Assembly: GCA_958423255.1 (NCBI GenBank)
Contig: CATZQR010000003.1
Coordinates: forward strand, 65,440 to 129,439
DNA length: 64,000 nt
Source: an uncultured Bacteroidales bacterium
Lineage (GTDB): Bacteria > Bacteroidota > Bacteroidia > Bacteroidales > Muribaculaceae
Direction: 5' to 3'
Program-made: the position numbers and the translations under genes
Notes under the pieces: model-generated
Told to the model about the DNA's origin: nothing
The model's input: the letters and a program-made list of their open reading frames with translations, nothing else
Database searches by the model: none
Part shown: positions 18,272-28,694 of the stretch, piece by piece
How positions within the stretch are numbered: position 1 is the stretch's first letter
Layout: each line of letters begins with the position of its first letter

Positions 18272-20728
18272 TTACTTACTGAATCTCAACACGGTGAAGG
18301 AATATGGCGGGAGGACAATCTGCGCGGGGACGGCGTCGAGGGCCGTCACCTCGGGGAGGGCGTCGGTCTGCGCAGGGGTGCCGGTCAGCGTGGTGCGCCG
18401 GATAGCGGAGGGAGTGAATCCGAGCGTGGAGGCCAGGTCCGTATCAAGCTGAACTTCGACCGGGAGCAGGTTGGCGAGTTTCACCACGGTGTCGCCGCCG
18501 GAAGTGCGGACGATGGAAACACCCACGCGGCGCGTAGCGTCGGCGCCGGGGTCGTCACCCTCATAGCTGACGGCGGAATTTACATACGTCGTGCCGGAGT
18601 TGGCGCCGTAGAGCTGCTGCACATGGTAGTCGACGGTAGGACGGACTTCCGTGTTGCTGAAATATATCAGATCGGGGCGCCACTGCGTGTGGCCGTCTTT
18701 TGCAAGGAGGGGTGCGTAGGAGGCCATCTCCACCACGTCGGCGTTGCGCTCCACGGCGGTGAGATAGAGAGCTTCGGCCAGGGCAGTCTCAACGTTGCTG
18801 GGACGACCGTCGAGATGGGCGGCCCATTCCCCGAGATATACGTGAGGCTTGCTACGGTCGTACGAATCGTAATAGTCCTGGTTGTGAATCATCCATCCGG
18901 GCTGCACGTAGTAGTGTTCGTCGACCATTGGAACGCCCTTCTCTGTGGCGAGCTGCCAGCCGAGCTCGTAATCGGCGCCTTCGTAGAATGGGCCGACGGT
19001 GCCTATCACTTTTACTTCCGGGTGCGTAGCGGCCACGGCGTCGTAGATTTTGTTGAAGCGCTCGGTAAACACCGGAGTAATCATATCCTCATTGCCGATG
19101 CCTATGTATTTGAGGTTGAACGGCTCGGGATGGCCGGCCTCGGCGCGGAGTCGACCCCATCGGGTGGTGCGGGCGTCGCCGTTGGCGTATTCTATCAGGT
19201 CGAGCACATCCTGAACGTAGGCGTCCATCTCCTCCATCGGAATGCCGCCCTGCTGGCCGTAGGAGGCGGTGAAGGTGTGGCTGTGGTGCGACGCGTCGCC
19301 CGAGTTCTGGCAGGGGACGCCAGCGGCCACCACCGGGAGCGGCTCGGCACCGATGTCCTCGCAGAAAAGGAAATATTCATGGTAGCCCAGGCCGCGGGTC
19401 TGGTGATATCCCCAGAGGTTACTAAGCGGCTTGCGCGCCTCAAGCGGACCGATGGAGCCCTTCCAGTCGTAGATGTTGTCGACACCGTCGCCGTGGGCCA
19501 CGCAGCCGCCGGGAAAGCGCACGAAGCGCGGATGGAGGTCGGCGAGCGTCTGCGCCAGGTCGGCGCGGAGGCCGTTGCGGCGCCCCTTGAAGGTGTTGCG
19601 CGGGAAGAGCGAAATCATGTCGAGATGCAGCTCGTCGGCAGCCGAAGGGATGAGCACAAGCCGGCCGCAGGGGGTGGATTCCGCAGGCGTAAGCGTGGCC
19701 TTGTACTCCTTCCATCCTTTTCCCTTGGGCGAGAGCGAAGTGGAGGCGAGAACGTTGCCGAGCGTGTCGCGCAGTTCGACGCGGAGCCTCAGGGCCTTGG
19801 CGCCGGCGCCGAGGCGCGAGCGCAGCGAAAGGTCGTATTTCTCACCCTTCTTCAGGGCGATACCGTCGAAGCCGCTATTGCTGAGTGTCTGCCCCTTGAG
19901 CACGGCATAGTGCGGATTGTTGGGGTGGATGGGATCGTCGGTGGCGATTTGCGGACGTCCGGCGGCATCGTCGGTATGCCAGGAGGTAGTGGCCGACCAC
20001 TTGCTGCGGTCGTTGGAGTTATATTCGAAGTCGCGGTTCTGGATAAGCTCGGCGTATAGGCCGCCGTCGGCCGCGTAGTTGATATCCTCGAAGAAAATGC
20101 CCATCAGATTGGGGCTGATGGCCTTCGTGGAGTCGGGATAGACCGTGAGCGCCCCTTTCAGAGGCGTCAGCGAGGCGAAGCGAACGGCATCGCCGGCCAT
20201 GGTCTGCGCATGGAAGGCGTCGCGGTAGGCGCGGTGGTCGCCGTAGCGCCGCAACTCCTCAACGAGCGAGTATGGCACCTTCTGCGCCATCCCCTCGCGT
20301 TCCTTCGAACCCACACGCGCCCTTAGAGGCGTAGCTTTCGATGCTATGGGAGCCGGAGCAACATCTGTATATGTCTGCGCGCCCCAGCGGATAAGGTCGG
20401 GCGACTCCACGCGTGCCCACCCTTTACCCTCGGGAGAAAGCTCCCAGGTAGCAACCCAGGCGCCGTCGACAGTCTGCGCCAGCGAGGGGTGGAACATCTT
20501 CTTCATCCGTCCCCAGGGGCCGAAATCGCTGTTGACCACGGAATTGCCGTTGTTGAGCTTCTGCCACGACGTTCCGTCGGCGCTCCAGGCGAGCCTCAGG
20601 CCACCCTCACCATTGGCGTTGGCATACGAAAAGATATAGACGGAGTCCGGTTGATTGGCATCGGCCGCAGGCGCACCCCCCGAAAGAGCCGCCACAGCTA
20701 TCCCCATCCCGAGAATAATTTTCTTCAT
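18272..20728 (-). CDS. abfA: alpha-L-arabinofuranosidase, GH51 family, with N-terminal extra beta domain
   Basis: It has the GH51 motifs FPGGCVAHGD and IGIGNEDM (catalytic Glu), a C-terminal beta-sandwich, and a signal peptide. The track start at 20740 is a TTG, so I used the ATG (MKKIILG). Confidence 0.8.
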   Translation of the reverse strand: MKKIILGMGIAVAALSGGAPAADANQPDSVYIFSYANANGEGGLRLAWSADGTSWQKLNNGNSVVNSDFGPWGRMKKMFHPSLAQTVDGAWVATWELSPEGKGWARVESPDLIRWGAQTYTDVAPAPIASKATPLRARVGSKEREGMAQKVPYSLVEELRRYGDHRAYRDAFHAQTMAGDAVRFASLTPLKGALTVYPDSTKAISPNLMGIFFEDINYAADGGLYAELIQNRDFEYNSNDRSKWSATTSWHTDDAAGRPQIATDDPIHPNNPHYAVLKGQTLSNSGFDGIALKKGEKYDLSLRSRLGAGAKALRLRVELRDTLGNVLASTSLSPKGKGWKEYKATLTPAESTPCGRLVLIPSAADELHLDMISLFPRNTFKGRRNGLRADLAQTLADLHPRFVRFPGGCVAHGDGVDNIYDWKGSIGPLEARKPLSNLWGYHQTRGLGYHEYFLFCEDIGAEPLPVVAAGVPCQNSGDASHHSHTFTASYGQQGGIPMEEMDAYVQDVLDLIEYANGDARTTRWGRLRAEAGHPEPFNLKYIGIGNEDMITPVFTERFNKIYDAVAATHPEVKVIGTVGPFYEGADYELGWQLATEKGVPMVDEHYYVQPGWMIHNQDYYDSYDRSKPHVYLGEWAAHLDGRPSNVETALAEALYLTAVERNADVVEMASYAPLLAKDGHTQWRPDLIYFSNTEVRPTVDYHVQQLYGANSGTTYVNSAVSYEGDDPGADATRRVGVSIVRTSGGDTVVKLANLLPVEVQLDTDLASTLGFTPSAIRRTTLTGTPAQTDALPEVTALDAVPAQIVLPPYSFTVLRFSK

Positions 20729-21245
20729 GGTTAGATTCAAATTTATAAAAGATAGGTCTCTAAATATTTCCCTACAAATTTAGGGATTTCGCCCCACTCC
20801 CGCAAACCACCCGTCCATCCCCCAAAATACGACGCCCCGCTATGAAAAGCATGGATCCTGAACATGCTTCCATAGCAGGGCGTGCGTTCTTTTCGCAGGC
20901 CGAAAAGAACCAAAAGGCCCAGAGGCGCGGAGAAAAGCTTTACGGCGAGGGGGCCGCGCTGCGGCTGGTGCGGCAGAACTCGCTGCGCTCAGACACTGCC
21001 GCTCCAAGACGCCGCAGCTTTGCAGCCGCCTCGCCTGCTTTTCTCAGAGCGCCTGCCATCCGGACGGAAACGACAGCAGGGGGATTCCGAGGAGGTGGGA
21101 TGGGATGCGCCATTGACCGATAGGGACCTGGCAACAGCCCGCAGTCGGTCAATTGAGGGGGATAGAATAGACTCAGAAAATATATAAAAAATTTTTTCGG
21201 GTGACATACGATTTATGCGGATTTTTAAAAACGGGGGGAATTTTG

Positions 21246-21253
21246 TAATTTTG
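21246..21253 (+). promoter_or_regulatory. TAATTTTG -7 box (TTTTGTAATTTTGCGG) upstream of metG
   Basis: The 15-mer TTTTGTAATTTTGCG is identical to the coaX promoter site. It lies 74 bp before the ATG. Confidence 0.35.
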
Positions 21254-21326
21254 CGGATTAAATGCCGAAAAAGGCGCATCCCTGCGCCTTCGGCACACTG
21301 TCTTGATTTATAATTTGCAGACTGAT

Positions 21327-23369
21327 ATGACGAAGAACTTCAAACGTACGCTCGTTACGACCGCCCTCCCCTATGCAAACGGCCCTGTTCACATCGGCCA
21401 TCTGGCCGGCGTATATGTGCCCGCCGACATCTATACCCGCTTTCTGCGCCTGCGCGGCGAGGATGTGGTGATGATCGGAGGCTCCGACGAGCATGGTGTG
21501 CCCATCACGATTAAGGCTAAAAAAGAGGGGGTGACACCCCAGGATATCGTTGACCGCTATCACAAAATCATCAAGGATTCGTTTGAAGGTCTCGGCATCA
21601 GTTTCGACATCTATTCGCGCACCACTTCCTCCATCCACGAGGCCACGGCGTCGGAGTTCTTCCGCCGGCTGTACGACAACGGGCAGTTCGTGGAGAAGAC
21701 GTCGATGCAGCTTTTCGACGAGAAGGCCAACCAGTTTCTGGCAGACCGCTACGTGACGGGCGAATGCCCCCACTGCCACAATCTGAACGCCTACGGCGAC
21801 CAGTGTGAGGCATGCGGCTCGTCGCTCAACGCCACCGACCTGATCAACCCTAAGAGCGCCATCACGGGCAACACGCCGGTGCTGAAGGAGACGAAGCACT
21901 GGTATCTGCCGCTCGACCGCTGGGAGGGTGCGCTGAGCCGCTGGATTCTCGAAGGGCACAAGGAATGGAAAACGAACGTCTACGGCCAGTGCAAGTCGTG
22001 GATCGACCTGGGGCTACAGCCCCGCGCCGTGAGCCGTGACCTCGACTGGGGCGTACCCGTTCCGGTGGAAGGGGCCGACGGCAAGGTGCTCTACGTATGG
22101 TTCGACGCCCCGATCGGCTATATCTCCAACACCAAGGAGCTGCTGCCCGACTCGTGGGAGAAATACTGGAAGAACCCCGAGACCCGCATCATAAACTTCA
22201 TCGGCAAGGACAACATAGTGTTCCACTGCATCATCTTCCCGGCGATGCTCATGGCCTACGGCGACGGCTTCCAACTGCCCGACAACGTGCCGGCGATGGA
22301 GTTTCTCAACCTCGAGGGCGACAAAATCTCTACCTCGCGCAACTGGGCCATCTGGCTCCACGAGTATCTGCAGGATTTCCCCGGCAAGCAAGACGTATTG
22401 CGCTACGTGCTGACGGCCAACGCCCCCGAGACGAAAGACAACGATTTCACCTGGCGCGACTTCCAGAACCGCAACAATTCGGAGCTTGTGGCCATATTCG
22501 GCAACTTCGTGAACCGCGCCGTGGTTCTCACCCACAAATATTTTGACGGCACGGTGCCGGCCGCCGGCACCCTCGAGGAGGCCGACAAGGCCGCACTGGC
22601 TGAAATCGCCGATACCTGCGGCCGCCTGACCGAAAACCTCGAGAACTTCCACTTCCGCGAGGCTCTGAAGGAGGCGATGAACATTGCCCGCACAGGCAAC
22701 CGCTACCTGCAGGAGACCGAGCCATGGAAGGTGGCCAAGACCGACATGGCCCGCACGGCCACCATACTCAACACGGCCCTGCAGATCTGCGCCAACCTGG
22801 CTATCGCCTTCGAGCCGTTCCTCCCCTTCACGGCCGAAAAACTGAGCCGGATGCTCGGTCTGACCGGCCTGAAATGGGCCGACCTTGGCCGCGCCGGCCT
22901 CATCGCCGCCGGGAGCACCATCGGACAGCCCGAACTGCTCTTCGAAAAGATTGAGGACGACACCATCCAGGCGCAGCTCGACCGCCTGGCCCGCATAAAA
23001 GAGGAGAACAAGCTCAACAGCTGGAAACCCGCGCCGCAGCTCCCCGACGTGGCTTTCGACGATTTCCTCAAGACCGATATCCGCGTAGGCACCGTGAAGG
23101 AATGCAAACGCGTGCCCAAGGCCGACAAACTCCTTCAGTTCCTCATCGACGACGGAATGGGCGACCGCACCATAGTGAGCGGAATCGCCAAATACTACAA
23201 GCCGGAGGATCTGGTAGGCAAGCAGGTATGCTTCGTGGCCAATTTCGCTCCGCGCAAGCTCAAGGGTGTCGAGAGCCAGGGAATGATTCTCTCGGCCGAG
23301 AACCCCGACGGCTCGCTGACTGTGATTGGCCCGACAGGCGCCGTTCAGCCCGGAGCGCAGGTAAAATAG
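21327..23369 (+). CDS. metG: methionine--tRNA ligase with C-terminal tRNA-binding (EMAP/Trbp111-like) domain
   Basis: It has the HIGH motif (PVHIGHLAG), the CPHCH zinc knuckle, and the KMSKS region. The track start at 21303 is a TTG, so I used ATG 21327. Confidence 0.95.
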   Translation: MTKNFKRTLVTTALPYANGPVHIGHLAGVYVPADIYTRFLRLRGEDVVMIGGSDEHGVPITIKAKKEGVTPQDIVDRYHKIIKDSFEGLGISFDIYSRTTSSIHEATASEFFRRLYDNGQFVEKTSMQLFDEKANQFLADRYVTGECPHCHNLNAYGDQCEACGSSLNATDLINPKSAITGNTPVLKETKHWYLPLDRWEGALSRWILEGHKEWKTNVYGQCKSWIDLGLQPRAVSRDLDWGVPVPVEGADGKVLYVWFDAPIGYISNTKELLPDSWEKYWKNPETRIINFIGKDNIVFHCIIFPAMLMAYGDGFQLPDNVPAMEFLNLEGDKISTSRNWAIWLHEYLQDFPGKQDVLRYVLTANAPETKDNDFTWRDFQNRNNSELVAIFGNFVNRAVVLTHKYFDGTVPAAGTLEEADKAALAEIADTCGRLTENLENFHFREALKEAMNIARTGNRYLQETEPWKVAKTDMARTATILNTALQICANLAIAFEPFLPFTAEKLSRMLGLTGLKWADLGRAGLIAAGSTIGQPELLFEKIEDDTIQAQLDRLARIKEENKLNSWKPAPQLPDVAFDDFLKTDIRVGTVKECKRVPKADKLLQFLIDDGMGDRTIVSGIAKYYKPEDLVGKQVCFVANFAPRKLKGVESQGMILSAENPDGSLTVIGPTGAVQPGAQVK

Positions 23370-23486
23370 CGCCTCCAAAGGATATGAGACCCGTAGGCCG
23401 TATAAGTCTATAAGATAAGCCCTATAGGGCCTATAGTTCCCATATAATTCACGGATTCAAGTTTCTGATTTTTTGTAGTATTGGAA

Positions 23487-24527
23487 ATGAGCGAAAAACG
23501 TCCGCGCATCCTTATAATCTATACCGGCGGTACAATAGGAATGATCGAGGACCCGGCCACGGGCACCCTCAAGCCATTCGATTTCAACCACCTTATAGAC
23601 AACGTGCCCAAAATCCGCATGCTCGACTACGACATTGAACACATACAGTTCAAGCATCCCATCGACTCATCCGACATCAATCCGGCTCACTGGGAGCAGA
23701 TCGCGAGGCATATCGGGCAGAACTACGAGAAGTTCGACGGATTCGTGGTACTCCACGGCACAGACACCATGGCCTTCACGGCCTCGGCGCTCAGCTTCAT
23801 GCTCGAAAATCTCAGCAAGCCCGTGATAATCACCGGCTCGCAGCTCCCCATCGGCGAGGTGCGCACCGACGGCGAGGAAAACCTCATCACAGCCCTCCAG
23901 ATAGCCGCCGAGCGCGACCCGGTCAACGGCCAACCGATGGTGCAGGAGGTTGCCATACTTTTCGAGAATTATCTGTGGCGCGGCAACCGGTCGACCAAGA
24001 TGAGCGCCGACAATTTCAATGCCTTCAAGAGCAACAACTACCCCTCTCTGGCAAAAATCGGTCTGTCGATCCACTACAATCACGACGCGCTCTGGCGCGT
24101 GCGCGACAAGCGTCCGCTTATTCTCCACACGGGGATGAAATCTACCGTAATAGTAGTGTATGTGCATCCGGGCATCACTGAGGCATCGCTGCGCCAGCAG
24201 CTGGCCACGCCGGGCACACAGGGTGTGATTCTCCTGACCTACGGCGCCGGCAACGCTCCTACGGAGGATTGGTTCCAGCAGGCGGTGAAAGATGCGGTGG
24301 AAAGCGGCAAAGTGGTAATCAACGTGACGCAGTGCCCCAACGGAAGCGTGCATCAGAAGCGCTACTATACAGGCAATATCCTGGAGCGCGCAGGGGTGAT
24401 TTCAGGCCACGACCTCACCACCGAGGCCGCCCTCACAAAGCTTATGTTTCTTTTCGGCACGGGGATTTCCGCCGGCCAGGTGGCCCGCAGCATGAAGCAT
24501 CCGCTCTGCGGCGAGATGACAATCTGA
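23487..24527 (+). CDS. ansA: L-asparaginase, type I
   Basis: It has the N-terminal threonine motif TGGTIGM and the HGTDTM motif. The track start at 23481 is a TTG, so I used ATG 23487. Confidence 0.9.
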   Translation: MSEKRPRILIIYTGGTIGMIEDPATGTLKPFDFNHLIDNVPKIRMLDYDIEHIQFKHPIDSSDINPAHWEQIARHIGQNYEKFDGFVVLHGTDTMAFTASALSFMLENLSKPVIITGSQLPIGEVRTDGEENLITALQIAAERDPVNGQPMVQEVAILFENYLWRGNRSTKMSADNFNAFKSNNYPSLAKIGLSIHYNHDALWRVRDKRPLILHTGMKSTVIVVYVHPGITEASLRQQLATPGTQGVILLTYGAGNAPTEDWFQQAVKDAVESGKVVINVTQCPNGSVHQKRYYTGNILERAGVISGHDLTTEAALTKLMFLFGTGISAGQVARSMKHPLCGEMTI

Positions 24528-24554
24528 CCCGACTGCCGCGACACCGGCACCCTC

Positions 24555-24863
24555 TTAATCGAGGCCCCGGCGCTTTGGATTGGCGGGAAACCATCCCTTG
24601 GCCACTCGCTCGCGTTGCTCGAAAATCTCCTTGATGGTCCAGAACGACGAGAAAGCAAGCACTCCAAGAAGAGTCTGCCATATAATTGCCTCGACAAACA
24701 GCGACGCCACCACCGCCGCAACGCCCAGAACGAGGAACCACCACCAGCAGCGGGTGCCGAACCAATAATAGAATTTCACTACCACAGGGTGAAAAATGCC
24801 GATTATCAGGAATGTGGCCATGCCAAGGAGCAGGCCGGTGAAATGCAGTCCGGAGAAATCCAT
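24555..24863 (-). CDS. small three-TM membrane protein with charged C-terminal tail (holin-like topology)
   Basis: 102 aa with three hydrophobic segments and the tail KEIFEQRERVAKGWFPANPKRRGLD. It lies immediately downstream of the muramidase-like gene. Confidence 0.5.
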   Translation of the reverse strand: MDFSGLHFTGLLLGMATFLIIGIFHPVVVKFYYWFGTRCWWWFLVLGVAAVVASLFVEAIIWQTLLGVLAFSSFWTIKEIFEQRERVAKGWFPANPKRRGLD

Positions 24864-24897
24864 CGGATATTACTTTAATTTACAACAAGGAGGAGCG

Positions 24898-25842
24898 CTA
24901 TCTGCGCGCCTCCTGATTTTTATATTTGCGGTAGGCCGAAGCCAGACGTGTATGATAGCCTCGCGCCTTGGCCTTGGGCCCGTTGTAGCGCAGTGCAAAC
25001 TTAAGCCACTGATGCTGCCGTATAGGTTCGACCAGACCGTTGCTCTCAATGAAGCGGGCGAACAGTTCAAGCTGGTCGCGCTCGGAGCGGCCCATGAGAG
25101 CGACGAATTCCTCTATATTGTCGCACCCGCATTTACGCCAGTTGAACCCTCCGATCTGAAACATCCCCCAGAAACAACTCTCCACGCCAAGGGGCTTGCA
25201 GATTTTCGCGGCGGCCTCCAGACGCGCATACTGTGCACCCTGATAGGAGCCATATTTGGCCCGGTCGGGTTTGCGGAAAATCACCGGGGAGCTCTTGCGG
25301 GCCTTTTCGAGCGACACTCCGCGCCTGCGTGCAAACTGCTGGAACATCGAGAGGTCGAAGTTGATAAGCGGTTTGCCGGGCTTCCAGAAACCCTTGTGGG
25401 AGGGTCCCGCCTCGATATCGACTACGGCCTTGATGGCGGCGGTCTCCACGCCGAGCTCCTCGGCTACGGTGCGGTAGTCGTCGTCGGTGAGACGGAGATA
25501 TCGACTGTCGGTGGCGGTATTGTGGAAATGGAACAATGCTGTATCCGCCCACGCCACAGGGTCGACATCGGGCACTTCCTCAACAATCGTGCGGAAAGGT
25601 AGCTCGACCTCCTCGAGGTCGGTGGTGTCGACGTCGGCTGCCAGCAGGGAGATTGCCGACCGGGCGGGGAGAGCGGCCTGCCGGGATTCCATGGTATCGG
25701 CCGGAGCGGCCGAAGGAGCGGGATGCGCGGATGCGCGGCGCGTGTCGGCATAAGAAGTGAAAATGCTCCCGGCCAGCAGAAGTGAGGCCGGGAACATTAT
25801 GGATAGCGCAGCGCTGATTTTGTGGGAATTACCCATAGGCAT
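24898..25842 (-). CDS. N-acetylmuramidase-like protein (DUF3380-type peptidoglycan hydrolase) with signal anchor and Ala/Pro-rich linker
   Basis: The motif AIKAVVDIEAGPSHKGF is typical of DUF3380 / endolysin-like muramidases. There is an N-terminal hydrophobic segment. Confidence 0.6.
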   Translation of the reverse strand: MPMGNSHKISAALSIMFPASLLLAGSIFTSYADTRRASAHPAPSAAPADTMESRQAALPARSAISLLAADVDTTDLEEVELPFRTIVEEVPDVDPVAWADTALFHFHNTATDSRYLRLTDDDYRTVAEELGVETAAIKAVVDIEAGPSHKGFWKPGKPLINFDLSMFQQFARRRGVSLEKARKSSPVIFRKPDRAKYGSYQGAQYARLEAAAKICKPLGVESCFWGMFQIGGFNWRKCGCDNIEEFVALMGRSERDQLELFARFIESNGLVEPIRQHQWLKFALRYNGPKAKARGYHTRLASAYRKYKNQEARR

Positions 25843-25891
25843 CAGTGGTTAGGTTTAAGGTGGAGAAAGAAAGGAGAAGGTTGGCGACCGC

Positions 25892-27352
25892 TTATTTGCG
25901 GAGGTCGGCCACCTTCTCGATAGTGCGGCGGAGCTGACCCCAGAAGCGCTCTACGGCGGGAATATGCATGCGTTCGGAGGGAGAATGCACGTCGCGCAGC
26001 GTCGGACCGAACGACACCATGTCGAGGCCGGGATAGTTCTGCTGGAAGAGCGAGCACTCCAGGCCGGCGTGGATTGCCTTGATGGCGGGACGCTTGCCGT
26101 AAAGCTCCTCGTAAGCATCGGAAGCCAGACGCATCACGGTGGAATCGAGGTTGGGCGTCCATGCGGGGTAGCCTTCGCCATGCTCTACGGTAGCGCCGGC
26201 GAGAGTGAATACGGCCTCTACCTGGTCGGCGATGTCGAATTTACGCGAATCGACGCTGGAGCGCTGGGAAGTGGTGACGAGGATGCGACCGCCGTCGGCC
26301 ATCTTGACGGATGCGAGGTTGGTGGAGGTCTCTACGAGGCCTTCGATGTCGCGGCTCATGGAAATCACTCCGTGGGGGGCGCAGTAGAGCGCGAGGATGA
26401 GATTGCGCGAGGTGGCGCTGTCGACGGTGAAATCGGGCTTGTCGACGCTGTCGAGCGAAAGTTTGAGGGTCGTCTCCAGCCCCTTGTATTCCTTCTCTAT
26501 GTCGGCCACATACTGATTGAAGGCGATGCGGACATCCTCCTTCTTAGAGGTGTGGACACCGAAAACCACGTGGGCCGCACGCGGAATGGCGTTGCGGAGG
26601 TTGCCGCCGTCGATTTCGCAGATCTCGACTTCGCCTTTCTTCATGAGGTTGAAGAGGAAGCGGGCCACGAGCTTGTTGGCATTGGCGCGTCCGAGATGGA
26701 TGTCGCCTCCGGAGTGGCCTCCGAGGCCGTCGCGCACGTCGAACTTGAAATAGTGGAAGTCGGCCGGGGCGAAAGAGCGGCTGTAGTGGAACGTAGCCAC
26801 GGTGTCGATGCCGCCGGCGCAGCCTACGAACACCTCGGCGTCGTCTTCGGAGTCGAGGTTGATGAGCATGGTGCCCGTAAGCTCGCCTTTCTCAAGATTG
26901 TTGGCGCCGGTCATGCCGGTCTCCTCGTCCATGGTGATGAGCACTTCGAGCGGACCATGAACCAGGTCGGGATCGGTAAGAGCGGCCAGAGCGGCAGCCA
27001 CGCCGATGCCGTTGTCGGCGCCGAGGGTAGTTCCGTCGGCCCGCACCCACTCGCCGTCGACGATGGTATGGATTGGAGTGGTGGTGAAGTCGAAACTCTT
27101 GTCGTTGCTCTCGCATACCATATCCATGTGGCCCTGGAGGATGAGCGTGGGAGCGTTCTCATGGCCGGGAGTGGCGGGTTTGCGGAGAATCACGTTGCCG
27201 ATGCGGTCGGCATGGGCGTCGATGCCGTGGGTTTTGGCATAGTCGAGAATGAACTGACGTATTTTCTCCTCCTTCTTGGAGGGGCGGGGGATTTTGGTGA
27301 TTTCATCGAAAATCCCGAAGACAGCCTTGGGCTGAAGGTCTTTTACTTGCAT
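25892..27352 (-). CDS. pepD: aminoacyl-histidine dipeptidase (M20C, PepD)
   Basis: 486 aa. It has the M20 metal-ligand motifs (LQGHMDMV, DNGIGVAAALA, TMDEETGMTGA). Confidence 0.9.
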   Translation of the reverse strand: MQVKDLQPKAVFGIFDEITKIPRPSKKEEKIRQFILDYAKTHGIDAHADRIGNVILRKPATPGHENAPTLILQGHMDMVCESNDKSFDFTTTPIHTIVDGEWVRADGTTLGADNGIGVAAALAALTDPDLVHGPLEVLITMDEETGMTGANNLEKGELTGTMLINLDSEDDAEVFVGCAGGIDTVATFHYSRSFAPADFHYFKFDVRDGLGGHSGGDIHLGRANANKLVARFLFNLMKKGEVEICEIDGGNLRNAIPRAAHVVFGVHTSKKEDVRIAFNQYVADIEKEYKGLETTLKLSLDSVDKPDFTVDSATSRNLILALYCAPHGVISMSRDIEGLVETSTNLASVKMADGGRILVTTSQRSSVDSRKFDIADQVEAVFTLAGATVEHGEGYPAWTPNLDSTVMRLASDAYEELYGKRPAIKAIHAGLECSLFQQNYPGLDMVSFGPTLRDVHSPSERMHIPAVERFWGQLRRTIEKVADLRK

Positions 27353-27531
27353 GTTCGGGTGGTGTTATAATGTTTCTGATGTTGCGGATGTAACCGATGT
27401 GGTTTATGCAATGGGTTGGAGAGCGTTTAAAATAAGTTTGAGAATGGAAAAATCTGTTAAAAGATATGGTTTCTCACCCCCTAAGTTACAAAATAAAATT
27501 TACTTATGGCGAAAAATCAAGCTATGTTTCC

Positions 27532-27539
27532 TATATTTG
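27532..27539 (+). promoter_or_regulatory. TATATTTG -7 box upstream of the small ORF / skp-like operon
   Basis: Matches the TAnnTTTG consensus. Confidence 0.3.
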
Positions 27540-27629
27540 CGCAGTCAACGCGGCGGAGAGCCTGCCTTTTCCTCCGCATAAGGAAGAAAACAGACCATAC
27601 AATTATCCCTCGTTCCGAGCCCCGTGCAT

Positions 27630-27770
27630 ATGAAGCTCATAGCAATATCAATCGGATTGATAGCCCTGGCCGTACTGCTGCTCGGTGTGAAGGCGCTCTT
27701 CGTAAGAGGCGGGAAGTTTCCGGAGGGTCATTCCCACGACCTGAAGGAGATAGCAAGGAAAAAGAAATAA
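27630..27770 (+). CDS. small (46 aa) single-TM protein, not in the ORF track
   Basis: The ORF reads atg aag ctc ... aaa taa and encodes MKLIAISIGLIALAVLLLGVKALFVRGGKFPEGHSHDLKEIARKKK. It lies between the promoter box and the skp-like gene. Confidence 0.25.
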   Translation: MKLIAISIGLIALAVLLLGVKALFVRGGKFPEGHSHDLKEIARKKK

Positions 27771-27792
27771 AAAAACAACACCATAAAAACGC

Positions 27793-28431
27793 ATGAAAAA
27801 AACAGCCTACGCTGCAGCCGCACTTGCAGCCGTAATGATTTCCGCATGCTCAGGCAACGAAAAGAAAGCCGATGCAGAAAAGACGGAAAAGAAAACGGTG
27901 AAGGTGGAATCCGAGTCGTTTGAACCCACCACCAATATCCGCTACTACAATATGGACTCGGTGATGGCCAACTACGAGCTTGTGAAGACCTTCAACGAAG
28001 CCAATCTGCGCACCATGACCGAGCTTCAGAACGCCCAGCGCTCGCGCGAAGGCGAACTCAACCGCCTTGCGGCCTCGATCCAGCAGAAGATGCAGAACAA
28101 CGGCTACCTCTCGGAGGCATCGTACAACGCCGACGTGGCCGAGCTCAACAAAAAACAGCAGGCCGCCCAGAACTACCTCGGTTCGCTCCAGCAGCGTGCT
28201 CAGGAGGACGCCCTGCGCCAGCAGGAGGAGTTTATCGACTCGCTCAACAATTTCCTTGCAGAATATAACAAGACCCGCCACTACGACGCCATCCTTCTCT
28301 ACGCTCCTGGCGAGCTCTTCAACCCTGCGCTCGACATCACCAACGACATAATCGAGGGTCTGAACGCAAAATATAAGAAAGCGAATCCCGCCAAGGCCGA
28401 GGAAACGGCCGACGACGCCAAGAAAAAGTAA
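27793..28431 (+). CDS. OmpH/Skp-like periplasmic chaperone lipoprotein
   Basis: 212 aa with a lipoprotein signal (ISAC/SGN). The body is long, Gln/Ala-rich and coiled-coil, typical of the Skp family. Confidence 0.65.
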   Translation: MKKTAYAAAALAAVMISACSGNEKKADAEKTEKKTVKVESESFEPTTNIRYYNMDSVMANYELVKTFNEANLRTMTELQNAQRSREGELNRLAASIQQKMQNNGYLSEASYNADVAELNKKQQAAQNYLGSLQQRAQEDALRQQEEFIDSLNNFLAEYNKTRHYDAILLYAPGELFNPALDITNDIIEGLNAKYKKANPAKAEETADDAKKK

Positions 28432-28595
28432 GCCGACCTGAAGGCCGCTGCTGATGCACCTTCACAGAGCGGCCGCCAGAGGCCGGATGAGGCCTTAAAG
28501 GCCACAGAAAGCCCTTGAAAGGCGGCTTCGGAAAGAAAATCCACGGATTTTTGAAAAAATTTCAGAAAATATTTTGCGGAATCGAAAAAGGTTGC

Positions 28596-28603
28596 TAACT
28601 TTG
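28596..28603 (+). promoter_or_regulatory. TAACTTTG -7 box upstream of tRNA-Asp
   Basis: Matches TAnnTTTG and lies about 90 bp upstream of the tRNA. Confidence 0.3.
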
Positions 28604-28694
28604 CATCCGCAAACGGGAAGAAAGCCAAACCCCAACCGAGCCGAGCGAGGCCGGCGGCTTACAAAAATCTCCCGTCAAGCATCAAAATTCTTCT

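Noticed and set aside
18623-20059. 478-aa ORF on the + strand, and similar long antisense ORFs (22014-23378 -, 25964-27370 +, 44163-45899 -, 45892-47190 -, 59257-60930 -, 62192-63832 -)
   Set aside because: Each lies entirely antisense to a well-supported gene (abfA, metG, pepD, pheT, yebC/ribE, giant gene, THUMP methyltransferase). They have Arg/Gly/Ala-rich low-complexity translations with no recognisable motifs. Long open frames like these are expected by chance at 60-65% GC.
20842-21279. Short overlapping ORFs (20842-21123 +, 20882-21187 +, 20940-21152 -, 20989-21279 -) in the abfA-metG spacer
   Set aside because: They are mutually overlapping, with no coding periodicity and low-complexity translations. 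I treat the region as structured non-coding instead (see findings).
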